Shown here piece after piece: positions 61,129 to 64,000 of a DNA stretch of 64,000 nt. A program made the position numbers and the translations under genes. The notes under the pieces are model-generated. The model had not been told where the DNA came from. It saw only the letters and a list, made by a program, of their open reading frames with translations, and searched no databases. Source of the DNA: Patescibacteria group bacterium (GTDB lineage Bacteria > Patescibacteriota > CPR2 > UBA1875 > CAIMLA01); contig JBGSPL010000002.1 in the NCBI GenBank assembly GCA_041738615.1, positions 10,654 through 74,653 on the forward strand. The letters are read 5' to 3'. Numbering within the stretch: position 1 is the first letter of the stretch; every line of letters starts with the position of its first letter.

Positions 61129-62193
61129 TTAGAGTAGCCTGTTTACTACTTGATTATACACTAGACGACCAGCTGGAGTGAGTTTGTAACCCGGAGACAC
61201 AAGACCAGCGACCAGCAATTCGTCTGGAATAATTTCACATGGGTTGTAGGTTTGCAGCTCAGTTTTGAAAGGTTTGTCCAAACGCATCGCAGCCAATAGA
61301 TTTAATCGATTAATTTCACTTGTGGAGAGCGTAACCTTTGCAGCCAGCGGACCGCCCGTTAGGTATTTCTCGAAAGTACGAGCATTTGTGCTAACAGTGT
61401 TTCCTACGCGTGAAGTGGCACCTAGACCGAAACCAAGATAGTCTTTCCCTTCCCAGAAGTCGAGGTTATGGCGACAATATTGCTGATTTCTTGCAAAATT
61501 AGAGATTTCGTATTGCTCATAGCCGAGTCTGACAAGAAGCTCCCAGGCCGAGGTGAGCATTTCGGTCGCCTTATCGTCGCAGGGTAATGGGAATTTTTCG
61601 GGACGCATGCCGATTGCCGATGAGTTGTCTGTTTCTAGGTCATAGAGTGATATGTGGTTTATACCCATCCTAGTTAGCTGATTAATCGCTCCTAGGAGTG
61701 AGGTTTTTGTTTCGTGCGGCAGACCAGAAATAAGGTCTACACCAACATTTTCGAAATGTTTCTTGGTGAGTGCTACTCGCTCCAAGACCGCTGCGGCTGT
61801 GAGTGCGCGATTCACAGAGACTCTAGTAGTATCGTTTAGACTCTGAACCCCAATACTAACCCTCGTTATCCCAGACTCCTTCCAAGCCACAAGTTTCTTG
61901 TCCGTAATGTCCTCGGGGTTAGACTCGAGCGTAATCTCGAAATTATCTGTAAAACTGGTTCTGCGTTTGAATGTCTCGATAATTCTTCTAACATTCCTTG
62001 GGCTTAGTAGGCTGGGCGTACCGCCGCCGAAGTAGAGGGTGTTTACCAAATTATCAGTATTAAATGTATAATGTTCTATTTCTCTACAAAGCGCTGCAAC
62101 GTATTCGTCTTCTTTGTCTAAGTCGCAGTGACTCAAAAATGCGCAGTAAGCGCATTTTGAGTGGCAGAACGGAATATGGATGTAGATATTCAT
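61129..62193 (-). CDS. hemW: Radical SAM heme chaperone HemW / HemN-like
   Basis: IYIHIPFCHSKCAYC, YFGGGTPS, YEISNFA. Confidence 0.88.
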   Translation of the reverse strand: MNIYIHIPFCHSKCAYCAFLSHCDLDKEDEYVAALCREIEHYTFNTDNLVNTLYFGGGTPSLLSPRNVRRIIETFKRRTSFTDNFEITLESNPEDITDKKLVAWKESGITRVSIGVQSLNDTTRVSVNRALTAAAVLERVALTKKHFENVGVDLISGLPHETKTSLLGAINQLTRMGINHISLYDLETDNSSAIGMRPEKFPLPCDDKATEMLTSAWELLVRLGYEQYEISNFARNQQYCRHNLDFWEGKDYLGFGLGATSRVGNTVSTNARTFEKYLTGGPLAAKVTLSTSEINRLNLLAAMRLDKPFKTELQTYNPCEIIPDELLVAGLVSPGYKLTPAGRLVYNQVVNRLL

Positions 62194-62705
62194 TATTTAT
62201 GCTTAGAAATGGCCTCTTTTGTGGCGCGGTAAACCTTGATGGTCCAAAGTATAAGCCAGAGAATCATGCCACTGACAAAAGCAAGAAGTAGCCAGGGATT
62301 CATGCCGAGTGATTTATCGAGCGCTGCGGCATTCATGGCGTAGACCATGTAGGTAAGGAGCACACCAACCCAGAGGCCAGTGCCGACAAGCATGGTACGA
62401 ATAAGGTCAAAGGCGTGATCCTTGACTTTGTCTTCCATCGTCATAAGCCACATAGTGGTTGGCATATCGGAGTATTGAGGTTTCCAGTAAAGAAAACCAA
62501 ACATAGCGACCATCAAGGTTTGAATAGCCGGCAGTAGAAACGCCCAGAGAATGGACTTGTTTTGCCAGTCGTCGGCCATTCCGTTTACCCCGAAATGTGT
62601 AGGGATAACGTCGGGAAGCTTTCCCCAATAGATTAGCGCTATTGCCCAGCTAGCGGTAGCTAGTAGTATACCTATCCCGAGTCCCCACTTATGCGTTTTC
62701 TTCAT
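62193..62705 (-). CDS. DUF1648 / SdpI-like membrane protein
   Basis: LPDVIPTHFGVNGMADDW; four TMs. Confidence 0.85.
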   Translation of the reverse strand: MKKTHKWGLGIGILLATASWAIALIYWGKLPDVIPTHFGVNGMADDWQNKSILWAFLLPAIQTLMVAMFGFLYWKPQYSDMPTTMWLMTMEDKVKDHAFDLIRTMLVGTGLWVGVLLTYMVYAMNAAALDKSLGMNPWLLLAFVSGMILWLILWTIKVYRATKEAISKHK

Positions 62706-63037
62706 TTTTTGACAGCCTTTCTAGCTACAACTGTTGCTAAGTACGATAATATCGACCAAAAAAAGATGTTGCCCACTAACCCTATATAATTTTCATAATC
62801 ATCTGTAACAATATGTACCCCTGGACATGGCGTATTCGTATAGGTTGTGACAAACACGAGTGGTAAACCACGAAATGAACGTTCGCTTTCAAAGCAGCCA
62901 TCTGTGACTATCTTCTGACTAAATTCGATTGCAGTATTGTATACTGGCGGTGTTGTACTGCTCACATAGAAAGCGCTAACAGCTGTGATGGTAATACCGA
63001 TTATGGTAGACCAAACAATATATTTATATTGAATCAC
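62702..63037 (-). CDS. Hypothetical two-TM protein
   Basis: Overlaps the polA stop and next start; RGLP loop with two Cys. Confidence 0.65.
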   Translation of the reverse strand: MIQYKYIVWSTIIGITITAVSAFYVSSTTPPVYNTAIEFSQKIVTDGCFESERSFRGLPLVFVTTYTNTPCPGVHIVTDDYENYIGLVGNIFFWSILSYLATVVARKAVKK

Positions 63038-64000
63038 TTTGTATCTCCCCAGTTATCACCTACGCCAATCTCGACCTCTATCGGGACGTCGAGCTTAGCT
63101 ATATTTTCCATCTTTTCCTTCACAAATGCACGTACTTTCTCGACATCCGCGTCTGGGACCTCAAGCACGATTTCATCGTGGACTGTGAGTAGAAGCTTTG
63201 TCCTGGGACTAACGTCAGCTATCGAGTGGTCGATCTCAATCATGGCGAGTTTCATGAGGTCTGCTGCAGTTCCCTGGATAGGCATATTGCTAGCCATACG
63301 CTCGGCACTGCCACGCACTGCGAAGTTGGAGCTGGCGAGTTCTGGTAGATAGCGTCTACGGCCGAAAAGGGTTTCTGCAAAACCGCGCTCCTTGGCAACT
63401 TTGATCACGTCATCCATGTATAATTTGATGCCTGCATGGGTAACGAAGTATTTCTGGATAAAATCCTTGGCTTCGCCATAAGTGAGAGTGCTTTGACGTT
63501 GAAGACCATGAGCCGAGACGCCATAAACGATACCAAAGTTCACGACTTTTGCGGTGCGGCGCATCTCTTTGGTGACCTTATCTTCCAGTACCCCGTAAAC
63601 TCTAGCTGCAGTGGCAGTATGGACATCAATTCCTTCTCGGAAGGCACGGGTCATTTCCTTATCTTCTGACATGTGGGCAATCACGCGTAGTTCTATCTGC
63701 GAATAGTCTGCTGACATAATCTGGTATCCCGGGTCAGCGACAAATGCTTTGCGAATCAGCATGCCGGTCTCTGTTCGGACGGGAATGTTTTGCAGATTCG
63801 GGTTTGTAGAGGAAAGCCGGCCGGTAGCAGCAATTGTCTGGTTGAAGCTAGTGTGGATGCGGCCAGTCTTTCTATTCACAAGTTTTGGCAAGGCATCGAT
63901 ATAGGTACTTTTGAGCTTCGAAAGCTCGCGATATTCGAATATTTTAGCAATTATCGCGTGCCCAGACTCTTGAAGTTTTTCGAGCTGCTCCGCCCCCGTG
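63034..64000 (-). CDS. polA: DNA polymerase I, C-terminal part (runs off the window)
   Basis: TGRLSSTNPNLQNIP, ADYSQIELR, TVHDE. Confidence 0.97.
   Translation of the reverse strand, partial: TGAEQLEKLQESGHAIIAKIFEYRELSKLKSTYIDALPKLVNRKTGRIHTSFNQTIAATGRLSSTNPNLQNIPVRTETGMLIRKAFVADPGYQIMSADYSQIELRVIAHMSEDKEMTRAFREGIDVHTATAARVYGVLEDKVTKEMRRTAKVVNFGIVYGVSAHGLQRQSTLTYGEAKDFIQKYFVTHAGIKLYMDDVIKVAKERGFAETLFGRRRYLPELASSNFAVRGSAERMASNMPIQGTAADLMKLAMIEIDHSIADVSPRTKLLLTVHDEIVLEVPDADVEKVRAFVKEKMENIAKLDVPIEVEIGVGDNWGDTK

Overview
Origin-proximal chromosome segment, most likely from a Patescibacteria (CPR) bacterium. This is inferred from the CPR-type T4SS/pilin cluster, a stand-alone PaaX/Cas2-like gene, and short MurE, ValS and Jag proteins. 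The window holds galU-jag-yidC <- -> dnaA-oriC-dnaN-recF-dciA. A ~14.5 kb minus-strand T4SS-like cluster follows (five VirB2-like pilins, extended VirB6, PrgI, VirB4, two cell-wall enzymes; no VirD4 or relaxase in view). Then come Hsp20 / PaaX-like / comF / PilB, four tRNAs bracketing a heliorhodopsin-superoxide reductase-rubrerythrin block, two perfect parS sites, valS with a T-box, tsaD, femX-murE, truB-rpsO-pnp, rnj, ftsK-rodZ, mutM-holA, rpsT, lexA-recA-recX and partial polA. The most unusual signals are non-coding. (1) A bipartite CACGAA-N12-ATGCGGCCGCA repeat flanks the PaaX/Cas2-like gene on both sides and recurs 13 kb away at the tsaD/femX promoter. (2) A palindromic element family sits in the leaders of rpsO, pnp and rnj, and one copy carries a parS site in its loop. 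(3) Two homologous, covarying structured elements lie in tRNA spacers. Also noted: many apparently leaderless genes, tRNA-Arg(GCG), and an unannotated 22-aa ORF with near-consensus expression signals. All product calls come from motif recognition by eye; no database searches were run.
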